From: Pseudomonadota bacterium
Lineage (GTDB): Bacteria; Pseudomonadota; Gammaproteobacteria; Steroidobacterales; Steroidobacteraceae
Direction of reading: 5' to 3'
DNA: 64,000 bases
NCBI GenBank assembly: GCA_021780475.1
Contig: JAJXYR010000044.1
Span: 2,722 to 66,721, forward strand
Under the pieces are notes generated by a model. It had not been told where the DNA came from, ran no database searches, and saw nothing but the letters and a program-made list of their open reading frames with translations. Positions 12,363-21,452 of this stretch are shown one piece after another (position 1 is the first letter of the stretch; every line of letters begins with the position of its first letter). Position numbers and translations under genes: made by a program.

Positions 12363-13379
12363 TCAGTCGCCTTCCGCGCGCAGCGCGCGCCGCATCAGCG
12401 TGTCGACCGCCGCGCGGACTTCGCCGCCTCGATGCACGATCTGGTAAACCTGTTCGCAAATCGGCATCTCGACGCCGAGCCGGGTGGCGACTTCGCGCAC
12501 CGCGCGCGCCGCGGGCACACCCTCGATCACTTGCGCGATCGCGCGCGCGGCATCCGCGGACGACGCGCCGCGGCCGAGCGCGATCCCGAAGCGTCGATTG
12601 CGCGACTGATCGTCGGTGCAGGTGAGCACCAGATCGCCGAGTCCCGCGAGTCCCATGAACGTGTCGCGCGCCGCACCGAGGCGCACACCGAGCCGCATCA
12701 TCTCGGCGAGACCTCGGGTGATCAGCGCGACCCGGGTGTTCGCGCCGAATCCGAGGCCGTCGGAAATTCCGGATCCGATGGCGATGACGTTCTTGACGGC
12801 TCCGCCGATTTCGACACCGATGATGTCGGCCTGCAGGTAGGCGCGAAATTTCGGTCCGGACAAATTCCTCGCAAGCTCCGCGCCGAACTGGGCATCACGC
12901 GAGGCCACCGTCATCGCCGTCGGCAGTCCGGCACCGACCTCGACGGCGAAGGTCGGCCCCGACAGGACCGCCGTGGGTCTGTCGCCGAGCACCTCGAGCG
13001 CCACCTGATGCGGCAGCAGGCCGCTTTGCATTTCCATACCCTTCGTCGCCCAGGCGACGCGCGCCGCGGCGGTGAGCAGCGGACGCACCGTCTCGAGGGT
13101 TTCACGGAATGCGTGCGATGGGACCGCGATCAGGACGTCGCGGACGCCCTCGAGCGCCCGCTTCAGATCCGGCTCCACCCGCAGCGATTCCGGGAACGCG
13201 GCGCCCGGCAGGTAACGCCGGTTCCGGCGCTGGACCCGCATCGATTCGAGATCCGCCGCGTCGCGCCCCCAAAGGCAGGTCGGGTGTCCTTCGCGCGCGA
13301 GTTGGATGGCGAGCGCCGTGCCCCAGGAGCCGGCGCCGATCACCACCATCGGTTCGCGGAGCGTCAAAGGCTGACTCAT
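12363..13379 (-). CDS. gpsA: NAD(P)H-dependent glycerol-3-phosphate dehydrogenase
   Basis: 338 aa with Rossmann motif VIGAGSWGTALA and the conserved GxKNVIAIGxGI block. yibN-grxC-secB-gpsA synteny. Confidence 0.93.
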   Translation of the reverse strand: MSQPLTLREPMVVIGAGSWGTALAIQLAREGHPTCLWGRDAADLESMRVQRRNRRYLPGAAFPESLRVEPDLKRALEGVRDVLIAVPSHAFRETLETVRPLLTAAARVAWATKGMEMQSGLLPHQVALEVLGDRPTAVLSGPTFAVEVGAGLPTAMTVASRDAQFGAELARNLSGPKFRAYLQADIIGVEIGGAVKNVIAIGSGISDGLGFGANTRVALITRGLAEMMRLGVRLGAARDTFMGLAGLGDLVLTCTDDQSRNRRFGIALGRGASSADAARAIAQVIEGVPAARAVREVATRLGVEMPICEQVYQIVHRGGEVRAAVDTLMRRALRAEGD

Positions 13380-13409
13380 CGTCCAGGCCTCCGGCGCGTC
13401 CGGGACGCT

Positions 13410-13886
13410 TTAGTTGACCGCACCCGGTTGGGACGTCTCGGCGGCTTGCGCATACAGCAGATCAAAGTTGACGAGCGGCAGCAGGAAACTCGGAAATCCG
13501 CCCTTGGTGATCAGATCCGACACCGCTTCGCGAGCGTAGGGAAAGAGCACGCCGGGGCAAAAGCTGCCGATCAAGCGCTTCAAGTCAGGCTCCGACGCGC
13601 CGACGACCGTGAAGACGCCGGCCTGCTTGACTTCGACGAGATACAGCGTCGCGTCGCCCTGTTTGGCCTCCAGCGTGATCGTCAGCAGGACCTCGCGCAC
13701 GTCCGGCCCGATGTCTTCGGCGGAGGTGTTCATGTTCAGCTGAAACTTCGGCTCCCAGGTCTGGTTGTTCGGCAGCCGCGGTCCATTCGGCGATTCGTAC
13801 GAACAATCCTTCAAATAGACGGTCTGGAGCGTGACCTGCACGCCGTCGATGCTCGCCTGCGGTTCCGTCGTCGTGTCGTCGCTCAT
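13410..13886 (-). CDS. secB: protein-export chaperone SecB
   Basis: 158-aa reading frame from MSDDTT (internal Met of the listed 282-aa ORF). SecB-like FPYAREAVSDLITKGGFP. Its start overlaps the grxC stop (ATGA). Confidence 0.92.
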   Translation of the reverse strand: MSDDTTTEPQASIDGVQVTLQTVYLKDCSYESPNGPRLPNNQTWEPKFQLNMNTSAEDIGPDVREVLLTITLEAKQGDATLYLVEVKQAGVFTVVGASEPDLKRLIGSFCPGVLFPYAREAVSDLITKGGFPSFLLPLVNFDLLYAQAAETSQPGAVN

Positions 13887-14149
13887 CGATCCCCCTGAAT
13901 TAATCGGTCGAATTCTCCGCTCCGGTCGAATGCCATCAAATCGTCGCAACCGCCCAAATGGCGTTCGCCGAAGAATATCTGCGGTACGGTCCGCCGTCCG
14001 CTGCGGGCCACCATTTCCGCGCGAAGCGCGGGGTCCTGGTCCACGTCGATGACGGTGAAAGCGAGTTTCTTCTCCCGCAGCAGCTCCAGCGCTCGCTGGC
14101 AATACGGACACCAATGGGCCAGGTAGATCGTGATCGCGGGGGAGTTCAT
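13883..14149 (-). CDS. grxC: glutaredoxin 3
   Basis: 88 aa from MNSPAITIY with CPYC active site and TVPQIFFGERHLGGCDDL. Confidence 0.9.
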   Translation of the reverse strand: MNSPAITIYLAHWCPYCQRALELLREKKLAFTVIDVDQDPALRAEMVARSGRRTVPQIFFGERHLGGCDDLMAFDRSGEFDRLIQGDR

Positions 14150-14592
14150 GAACCGCCGCGTTTCGCGCCCTCGGGCTTCGCGAGCGGCATGTTCTCGCGG
14201 ACCCACGCGGCGACACCGCCCTCCAGATTCGCCACCTTGGCGAATCCCAGGCCCGCAAGCTTGCGGGCCGCGGCGGCGCCTTCGCGGCCGCTATCGCAAT
14301 AGGTGATGACCGGCTTCTCGCGCCACTTCTTCAACGATTCGATCTGGGCGTCGAGCTGCGCGGCCGGAATGTTGCGCGCGTCGCCGATATGGCCGGCATC
14401 GAAGGCCTCTTTCGACCGAAGATCGAGCACCAGTGCGCCTTGATTCATCAAGCGCACGGCTTCGGCCGAGCTCAATGCGGCGAACGCTTCGATACGGGCG
14501 CGCAGCTCGTAGACCAGCACGGCGACGGCGGCGAGCACCGCGCCGGCGGTCAGCCAGGGATGATGGCCAGCATATTCGATCAATCGCTGCAT
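14146..14592 (-). CDS. rhodanese-like membrane-anchored sulfurtransferase (YibN-like)
   Basis: 148 aa from MQRLIEYAGHHPW with an N-terminal TM helix, then a rhodanese domain with active-site loop YCDSGREG. Same position as E. coli yibN. Confidence 0.8.
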   Translation of the reverse strand: MQRLIEYAGHHPWLTAGAVLAAVAVLVYELRARIEAFAALSSAEAVRLMNQGALVLDLRSKEAFDAGHIGDARNIPAAQLDAQIESLKKWREKPVITYCDSGREGAAAARKLAGLGFAKVANLEGGVAAWVRENMPLAKPEGAKRGGS

Positions 14593-14670
14593 GAGCGGTT
14601 CCGATCCGTCGCCTTTTTGGGCGCGCAAGTATAGCAGCGCCGGCAAGCCTTGTATGCTTGGCGTCCCGAG

Positions 14671-15867
14671 ATGAAAAGTTCATGGCAGCACATTTGGAAA
14701 CCCCGCGCGCTCGCGCTCGCGCTCGCGCTCGCAGCCGGATCGGCGCCCGGGTCGGCCGCCGGGCTGCATGCGGCTGCGCCGACCACCGTACCGCGGGCCC
14801 GGCAACAGCTTGCCGTGCTGCGGGCGCGGATCGCGCGGATCGCGGCGCGGCGCGGCGCCGAATTGCAGAAACGCGACGCCTTGAGTGCCGCTCTGCGCCG
14901 GGCCGAGCTCGAAATCACCACCAAGCGGCGCGCGCTCGACGCGCTGCGCGCGGCGGCACGCGCGGCACAGAGCCGGCTCGGCGCGTTGATCGCGGAAAAG
15001 GCGCGCGCCGCGCGGGCTCTCGATGCGGAGCGATCGCGCCTCGCAGGGCAGATCCTCGCCGCCTACATGATCGGAAATCGCGAACAGATCAAATTACTGC
15101 TGAACCAGGTCGACCCCGGCAAGGCCGGCCGCATGCTCAGCTATTACGGCTATTTCGGGCGTGCACGCGCGGCCGAGATCAACGCCATTCGCGACCGCAT
15201 GCAGCGGCTTGCCGATCTCGCGCGTGAGACGGGGCAACAGGCGTTGCACCTCGAGGACCTGCAGGACGATGCCGAGCGCGAACTGGCGGCCATCGAGGCG
15301 GCGCGGCAAACCCGCAACGCAGCCCTCCTCGCCGTTTCCCGCGAGGTCAAGAGCAGCGATCAGGAACTCGGGTCGCTGCGCCGCGAGGAGCAATCCGTCG
15401 AATCCTTGATCGCCGATCTCGCGCGCGTCATGCAGAACTTCCCATCCGGGCCGCAGCGCCCGTTCGCGCAGATGCGCGGACGGCTTTCCTGGCCGGTGGC
15501 CGGCCGCCTGGCCGCACATTTCGGCGAGGTGCGTCTCGACTCGGCGCAGGGCAGCCTGCGCTGGAACGGGGATCTGCTCGACGTGGCGAAGGGCGCGCGC
15601 GTGCGCGCGCCCTATTATGGCCGGGTGGTATACGCGGACTGGCTGCAGGGGCTGGGATTGTTGCTGATCATCTCGCACGGCGACGGCTACCTGAGTCTGT
15701 ACGGGCACGCCGAGGTTCTTTACAAGTCGGTCGGCGACCGGGTGTCCCCGGGCGACGTCATTGCCGCGATGAGCGCTGAGTCCAGCCCGGCGCCGCAACT
15801 CTATTTGGAGGTCCGCAAGGGGCGCAAGCCGCTGGATCCACAAACCTGGTTCAAGGGTAGTCCGTAG
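14671..15867 (+). CDS. envC: murein hydrolase activator EnvC-like, M23 peptidase family
   Basis: Signal peptide, long coiled-coil (Ala/Arg/Leu/Gln-rich) and a C-terminal LytM/M23 domain (WPVAGRL.., GLGLLLIISHGDGYLSLYGH). The start is taken at ATG 14671; the listed ORF begins at TTG 14650. Confidence 0.8.
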   Translation: MKSSWQHIWKPRALALALALAAGSAPGSAAGLHAAAPTTVPRARQQLAVLRARIARIAARRGAELQKRDALSAALRRAELEITTKRRALDALRAAARAAQSRLGALIAEKARAARALDAERSRLAGQILAAYMIGNREQIKLLLNQVDPGKAGRMLSYYGYFGRARAAEINAIRDRMQRLADLARETGQQALHLEDLQDDAERELAAIEAARQTRNAALLAVSREVKSSDQELGSLRREEQSVESLIADLARVMQNFPSGPQRPFAQMRGRLSWPVAGRLAAHFGEVRLDSAQGSLRWNGDLLDVAKGARVRAPYYGRVVYADWLQGLGLLLIISHGDGYLSLYGHAEVLYKSVGDRVSPGDVIAAMSAESSPAPQLYLEVRKGRKPLDPQTWFKGSP

Positions 15868-16020
15868 GCGTCGGCCGTCCGAAATCAGGCCGCAGCGGTC
15901 GCGTTATGTCGTACGGCGCCGGGTGCAGCGCAAGGCGCACTCCGAACTGCCGAACGCGTCCTGGTATCCGCCGCCGTTATGTCGGATCGTAGGCGCGAGT
16001 CGAAACTCCGCGGAGAGAGC

Positions 16021-18249
16021 ATGAGCGCTGGAATCCTTACCTGGCAGTCCTATGGGGCCCTGCTTGCGCGACTGTTGCCGAATTTGCAGCGCACCCTGTT
16101 CGCTGGCGCAGACGGCTCGATCTTGTGGTGCAGCGATCCGGCGTCGGTGGGCGCGTTGCAGCCGACATTGGCGATCCTGGTTCACACCGGCACCAACCGG
16201 CATACCGAAATAGACGGGCTCGCGGATCTGCACGGGGGGCCGGCGCGCTGTTTCGGCTTTCGCATCCGCGGCGCACTCGGCGACGTGCTGGGCTTCGTCG
16301 TGGTTGCGCTCACCGCCGACGGACAGGAACCGCCCGATCTGGCGCAGGTGCACGCCCGCCTGGGACCGGCGCTCGACTGCGTGCAGAGCGAATTGGCGGC
16401 CCGCGCCGCGATCGGCGAATTGCACGCGCAACTCGCCGATACCAGCCGCAATCTCGATTTGTATCATCGCCTGAGCGCGGCGGGGCTCGAGCGCGGCGTC
16501 GAATCCCTGGGGCAAATCCCGGCGCTTGCGCTCGAGCACCTGCCCGGCGTGGCCGCGGTTCTGTTGCTGCCGGACCGGCGCATCTCGATCTGCCGCACGC
16601 CGCCGGATCCTGCGCATCGCCTGTCCACGGCGGCCCTGTCGCAACTGAACCAGCATTTGATGACCCGGGCACAGCTGCATGGCCGCACCCTGGTCGCGAA
16701 CCGTCTGGTGTTCGACGGAGCCAGATTGGCGATGCCGTACAAGGCCATTTCCACACCGATATTCGACGTCGAGCGGCGTGTGATCGGCGCCGTCGCGATA
16801 TTCAGGCTCGAGGCGGACACTGACTTCCAGCTGCAGGACGCCGAAATCCTGGAGATGCTCGCGCGCAAGGCGGGAATGATCGTGCATGCGAGCTTCGATC
16901 CGGACACCGGGCTGCTGACCCAGGCGGCGTTCATCGCCCAGGCCGAAGCGCTGATGGCGCAGGAGTCGGCACCCGCCCCGGCATACGGCGTGCTGTACAT
17001 CGACATCGACCAACTGAGTGTCGTCAATGAGACCCATGGAATGCCGGCGGGCGACGAGGTCATCGATCGCGTCGCCGGTCTGCTGGTGTCGAAAGCGCGC
17101 GGCAACACGCTGGCCGCGCGCCTCGGCGGCGATCGCTTCGCGCTGTTCGTGCCGGGTTGCGGAATCGAACCGGCAGCGCGCGTCGCGGAGGAGCTGCGTT
17201 CCGCGGTGGTGAAATTCTCGCGCACGCGCGATGACAAGCCGGTGCTCGTCAGCCTGAGCATCGGCGTCGCCCGGGTCTGCGACCTGCGGCGACCGCTGCC
17301 GGACGGGCTCGCCGCCGCGGAACTCGCGTGTCGTACCGCGAAGCTGCGTGGTCGCAACCGCGTCGAGGTGCATTACGTCGGCGGAGGCCGCGGCGCCGCG
17401 GACGGCCATCGCGCCGGCGGCGTGTGGCCGCTGATCGCCGAGTCGTTTGCCGGAGAGAGCCTGGAGCTGCTCGCGCAGCCGGTGCTGCCGCTGGGGGCCG
17501 CGCCGGCCGACCCGCGTTTCGAGGTGTTGCTGCGGATGCGCGCCCCCGACGGCGCGCGGCTCGGCTATGAAAAATGGGCGCAGGCCGATTCCGACCCGGC
17601 GCTCGCGCGCCGAATCGACCTGTGGGTGTTGGACCAGGTCTTGTCCCGGCTGGACGGCTGCCGCGAAACCCTGCGGCAGCACCCTGCGTCCTTCTCCGTG
17701 AACCTGACCGCCGCGTCGCTGGGAGATGCCGAGTTTTGGCGGATGCTCGAGAGTACGCTGCGCGTCGCGCGGATCGAACCCGGCGTTCTCGGCTTCGAAT
17801 TTCCCGAGGCCGCCGTCGATGGCCGCGTGACCCGCATCGCCGCGCCGATGCGCAGGCTGCGCGACCTGGGCGTGCCGTTCGCCCTGGATAACTTCGGCCG
17901 GGACCCGGCGTCGCTGTCGAATCTCAATGCGCTGCCGGTCAGCAGCGTGAAGATCGACGGCTGCCTCGGCCGCTCGCTGCTGCGCGATCCGCACTCGCAG
18001 TCGCTGTTCATCGCGATCACGAAGCTCGCCCAGGGCTTCGGGCTGGATGCGATCGCGACCAGCATCGAGACCGATGCAATCCGCGCCCGGGCCGTCGCCC
18101 TCGGCGCGGATTTCGGCCAGGGGTTCTTCATCGGCAAACCGGTCGCGCTGGATGAAGCGCTGCGCGATCTGTCGCTGTATTCGTGTTTTTCGACGTCGAC
18201 CGGTCTGTTCGACTTCGGGCCGGGCCGCACCGGGGCCAAAGCCGGCTAG
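16021..18249 (+). CDS. GAF-like/GGDEF/EAL signalling protein with degenerate GGDRF
   Basis: GGDEF-domain core RLGGDRFALF (GGDRF instead of GGDEF). EAL domain with RFEVLLRM (EVL), SVNL, LDNFG, KIDG, GQGF. ATG 16021 is preceded by GGAGAGAG. Confidence 0.85.
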   Translation: MSAGILTWQSYGALLARLLPNLQRTLFAGADGSILWCSDPASVGALQPTLAILVHTGTNRHTEIDGLADLHGGPARCFGFRIRGALGDVLGFVVVALTADGQEPPDLAQVHARLGPALDCVQSELAARAAIGELHAQLADTSRNLDLYHRLSAAGLERGVESLGQIPALALEHLPGVAAVLLLPDRRISICRTPPDPAHRLSTAALSQLNQHLMTRAQLHGRTLVANRLVFDGARLAMPYKAISTPIFDVERRVIGAVAIFRLEADTDFQLQDAEILEMLARKAGMIVHASFDPDTGLLTQAAFIAQAEALMAQESAPAPAYGVLYIDIDQLSVVNETHGMPAGDEVIDRVAGLLVSKARGNTLAARLGGDRFALFVPGCGIEPAARVAEELRSAVVKFSRTRDDKPVLVSLSIGVARVCDLRRPLPDGLAAAELACRTAKLRGRNRVEVHYVGGGRGAADGHRAGGVWPLIAESFAGESLELLAQPVLPLGAAPADPRFEVLLRMRAPDGARLGYEKWAQADSDPALARRIDLWVLDQVLSRLDGCRETLRQHPASFSVNLTAASLGDAEFWRMLESTLRVARIEPGVLGFEFPEAAVDGRVTRIAAPMRRLRDLGVPFALDNFGRDPASLSNLNALPVSSVKIDGCLGRSLLRDPHSQSLFIAITKLAQGFGLDAIATSIETDAIRARAVALGADFGQGFFIGKPVALDEALRDLSLYSCFSTSTGLFDFGPGRTGAKAG

Positions 18250-18285
18250 CGGCGGCCTCGCCCCGCGGCGTATGCTCCGCCTCCC

Positions 18286-19479
18286 ATGCCGACCAAAGTC
18301 CGTCAGCTGCTGCTCGTTGCGATCGGTATCCTGGCCGGATTCGCGCTGGGAACGGCCCGCGGTGTGTTCGCGCAAAAGGCGGCGGCGCCCGCCGCGCTGC
18401 CCTGGAGCGACGCCCGCCAGTTCGCCGACGTTCTAGCGCGCGTGAAACAGGAATACGTGGCGCCGGTGGATGATCACGATCTGCTGCAGGCGGCGATCGG
18501 CGGCATGGTCTCCTCCCTGGATCCTTATTCCGAGTATTTGGACCAGCGGCAGTACGCCGAAGTCCAGCTCGACAGCGCCGGGGAATATTCCGGAGTGGGC
18601 ATAGAAACCTCGGCGGAAGACGGTCAGGTGGTCATCGTGTCGGTGTTCGCCGGGTCGCCCGCGGCGATCGCGGGGCTGCGGGCGGGCGATGTGATCTCGA
18701 GCGTCGACGGAAACCGGGTCACGAACGCGAGTGTCGCGCAAACGATCGATCGTCTGCGCGGCAAACCCGGCACCACGGTGCGCATCGGCATCCTGCGCGG
18801 CTCCAACGATCGTCCGCTCGAGGTCGCCGTGGTGCGCGGCCGGGTCGAACTGCACAGTGTTCGCGCGAAGATCGTGGCGCCCGGCTACGGTTACGTCGGC
18901 ATCGCGGAATTCAGCGACACGACCGCCAGCGAGGTGAAGACCGCGCTGCAATCGCTGCGGCGCGACAATGGCGCGCCCCTGAAGGGACTCATTCTCGATT
19001 TGCGCGACAACCCCGGCGGCGTGCTCGAAGCCGCGGTCGCGGTTGCGGACGATTTCATCGACAGCGGCATCATCGTCAGCGCAAAGGGACGCACGCCGGA
19101 TGCAAATTTCGAAATGGATGCGACACCGGGCGACGATCTGGACGGCGCGCCGATCGTCGTGCTGGTCGACGGCGGCTCCGCGTCGGCCGCCGAGATCGTC
19201 GCGGGCGCACTGAAAGACCACGGGCGCGCGACGCTGATGGGCGGGCGCACCTTCGGCAAGGGTTCGGTGCAGACCGTGATGCCCCTGCCGGGCGGCCGCG
19301 CGCTGAAATTGACGACGTCGCTCTACTACACCCCGTCGGGCGTGTCGATAAACCACACGGGAATCGTCCCGGACATCGAACTGAAGGCCGATCCGCACTT
19401 CGAGCATGCGTTGAAGGAACTGCGGCTGCTGGGCGCCGCGCGCCGACCCGCCTTGTCGGCCGCCGCGCGGGGCACTTGA
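18286..19479 (+). CDS. ctpA: carboxy-terminal processing (S41) peptidase
   Basis: 397 aa with a signal/TM segment, a PDZ region (GVGIE..GSPAAIAGLRAGDVI) and the S41 core LILDLRDNPGG .. GGSASAAEIVAGALKD .. GKGSVQ. Confidence 0.9.
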   Translation: MPTKVRQLLLVAIGILAGFALGTARGVFAQKAAAPAALPWSDARQFADVLARVKQEYVAPVDDHDLLQAAIGGMVSSLDPYSEYLDQRQYAEVQLDSAGEYSGVGIETSAEDGQVVIVSVFAGSPAAIAGLRAGDVISSVDGNRVTNASVAQTIDRLRGKPGTTVRIGILRGSNDRPLEVAVVRGRVELHSVRAKIVAPGYGYVGIAEFSDTTASEVKTALQSLRRDNGAPLKGLILDLRDNPGGVLEAAVAVADDFIDSGIIVSAKGRTPDANFEMDATPGDDLDGAPIVVLVDGGSASAAEIVAGALKDHGRATLMGGRTFGKGSVQTVMPLPGGRALKLTTSLYYTPSGVSINHTGIVPDIELKADPHFEHALKELRLLGAARRPALSAAARGT

Positions 19480-19485
19480 TCCGCC

Positions 19486-20484
19486 GTGCGCAGCACCCGC
19501 TCGATTGAAATCTTGTGCCTGGCGCTCGCCGCGCTGGTGCTCGTGTGGTCGAAGGCGCTGACCGCGCATTTCTGGCCGGTCATAGGCCTGCTCGCGACCT
19601 TCGCGGCGCTGATCCTCGGCTTTCGCGCACGCCTGTTCCTGCCGGGCCGCACCCGGGTGAAGCTGCTGACCGAATCCTGGTCGATGGTGGCTTTCGTCGG
19701 CGGCGTGGTCTGGTTCACCGGCAAATCCGACAGTGCGCTGCTGAATTTGTACTTGTTGCCGATCATCCTCAGCGCGCTCACCTTGGGCCGGCTCAACACG
19801 ATGCTGCAGGTCGCGGCGGTGGCGGCATGCTACGTGCTCGTTGCCGCGGTCTCCCCTGGACACGATGTCCTGTCCCTCGGCTTCGCCAGCCGGGCCGTCG
19901 GCGTGCTCGCGCCGATCCTGCTCGTCGCCTACCTGACCTCGACGCTGGCCGCGGACATCACCGATGCACGCCAACGGATCGAGCGCCTCGCCCACCATGA
20001 CCCGCTGACGGGCCTGTTCAATCAGCGCAGCTTCACGGATTTGTGGCGCCGCGAGCATGAAGCGCGCGAGCGCCTGCGCGCGCCCTACGCGGTGCTGATG
20101 GTGGATATCGACCACCTGGACCGGGTCAACGAGGAATTCGGCCGGGAGGCCGGCGACAGCGCGCTGACGCTGGTTGCGAAGTGTTTGTTGCGAAGCATTC
20201 GCAACACCGATCGGGCCGCGCGCAATGGCGGCGATGAATTCGCCGTTCTGCTGCCCGGCGCAACGGCCGACATGGCCGACGCCGTGGTCAAGCGCATCCG
20301 CAACAACGTCTACAAGACGACGCTGGAATTACGCTCGCGGATGATCCGCTGCACCGTCAGCGTCGGCATCGCCAACTATCCCCAGGACGCGCGCGAGGTG
20401 CGCGAACTGCAGAGCATCGCGGAGCACCGCATGTATCGCGACAAAGAACTGCGTCGCGCGCCGGGATCGACGGAAAAGGCATGA
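19486..20484 (+). CDS. membrane-bound diguanylate cyclase (GGDEF)
   Basis: About 5 predicted TM helices, then a GGDEF domain: HDPLTGLFNQR, an intact GGDEF, and an RxxD I-site (RNTD) exactly 5 residues upstream. GTG start 6 nt after the ctp stop. Confidence 0.88.
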   Translation: MRSTRSIEILCLALAALVLVWSKALTAHFWPVIGLLATFAALILGFRARLFLPGRTRVKLLTESWSMVAFVGGVVWFTGKSDSALLNLYLLPIILSALTLGRLNTMLQVAAVAACYVLVAAVSPGHDVLSLGFASRAVGVLAPILLVAYLTSTLAADITDARQRIERLAHHDPLTGLFNQRSFTDLWRREHEARERLRAPYAVLMVDIDHLDRVNEEFGREAGDSALTLVAKCLLRSIRNTDRAARNGGDEFAVLLPGATADMADAVVKRIRNNVYKTTLELRSRMIRCTVSVGIANYPQDAREVRELQSIAEHRMYRDKELRRAPGSTEKA

Positions 20485-20567
20485 GGGAAATCCGTGATTT
20501 GCGCGAACATGCTCTTGCGCAATGCGATGCAATCTGTAAAGTTGGCGGCAATCGACAAAGGACCGCC

Positions 20568-21452
20568 ATGCCAATCCGTAGCCCCTTCCGAACCCGTGCC
20601 GCGTCCGTTTGCGGCGGCGTGGCCTTGCTGCTCGTCTGCTCGCAATTGCTCGCGCGACCCGTGCATGCCCACAAGCCGCGTCAACCACTGGTCCGCTCGA
20701 ACGCGGCGCTCGTCGTCGACACCCAGAATTCCACGATCCTCTACGCGAAGCGTCCCGAGGCGGTTCAGCCGATAGCCTCGATCACGAAATTGATGACCGC
20801 GCTGGTGGTGCTCGACGCAAAACAACCGCTGGATCAGCGAATCACGATCACGCCGGCCGATCGCATCCACGGCAAGGGCTGGTATTCGCGCTTGACCGTC
20901 GGCACGACGCTGACGCGGCGTGATCTGATGCATCTGGCGCTGATGGCTTCCGAGAACCGGGCCGCGCGCACCCTGGCGATGAATTATCCGGGTGGCATGC
21001 CGGCCGCGATCCGCGCGATGAATGCGAAGGCCGAGACGCTCGGCATGACCCACACGCATTTCGCCGACCCGACGGGGCTGACCAGCCAAAACGTCTCCAG
21101 CGCCGGCGATCTCGCCAAATTAGTCGTCGCGGCCTCGCACAACCCGCTGATCCGGCAGTTCTCCACGGCCCGCCATTTCTCCGTGCGCGTGCACCGGCGT
21201 CTCGTCGAATTCCGCACCACAGACCGCCTCGTCGCGAATCCCGCGTGGAAAATCATCGTGCAAAAGACCGGCTTCATCAACGAAGCGGGCCGCTGCCTGG
21301 TCATGGAGACGGTCATCGGCGGCCGTCGGGTCGTCATAGTGCTGCTCGACTCGTTCGGCAAGTACACGCGCCTGGCGGATGCGATCCGGATCAGGCGTTG
21401 GATGGAACGAGGCGGCGTCGGCGAGCGCAGCTCCCGCCTGACGATGCGCTAA
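20568..21452 (+). CDS. pbpG: D-alanyl-D-alanine endopeptidase (S11, PbpG-like)
   Basis: Signal peptide from MPIRSPF. SxxK active site SITKLMT, SEN motif (MASENRAA) and KTGF (KTG box). The listed ORF begins earlier (20481), overlapping the GGDEF stop. Confidence 0.85.
   Translation: MPIRSPFRTRAASVCGGVALLLVCSQLLARPVHAHKPRQPLVRSNAALVVDTQNSTILYAKRPEAVQPIASITKLMTALVVLDAKQPLDQRITITPADRIHGKGWYSRLTVGTTLTRRDLMHLALMASENRAARTLAMNYPGGMPAAIRAMNAKAETLGMTHTHFADPTGLTSQNVSSAGDLAKLVVAASHNPLIRQFSTARHFSVRVHRRLVEFRTTDRLVANPAWKIIVQKTGFINEAGRCLVMETVIGGRRVVIVLLDSFGKYTRLADAIRIRRWMERGGVGERSSRLTMR

Noticed and set aside
15904-18375. 823-aa minus-strand ORF opposite the GGDEF-EAL gene
   Set aside because: The plus-strand frame contains GGDRF and EAL-domain signatures and a proper RBS. 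The minus-strand frame is Arg-rich low complexity.
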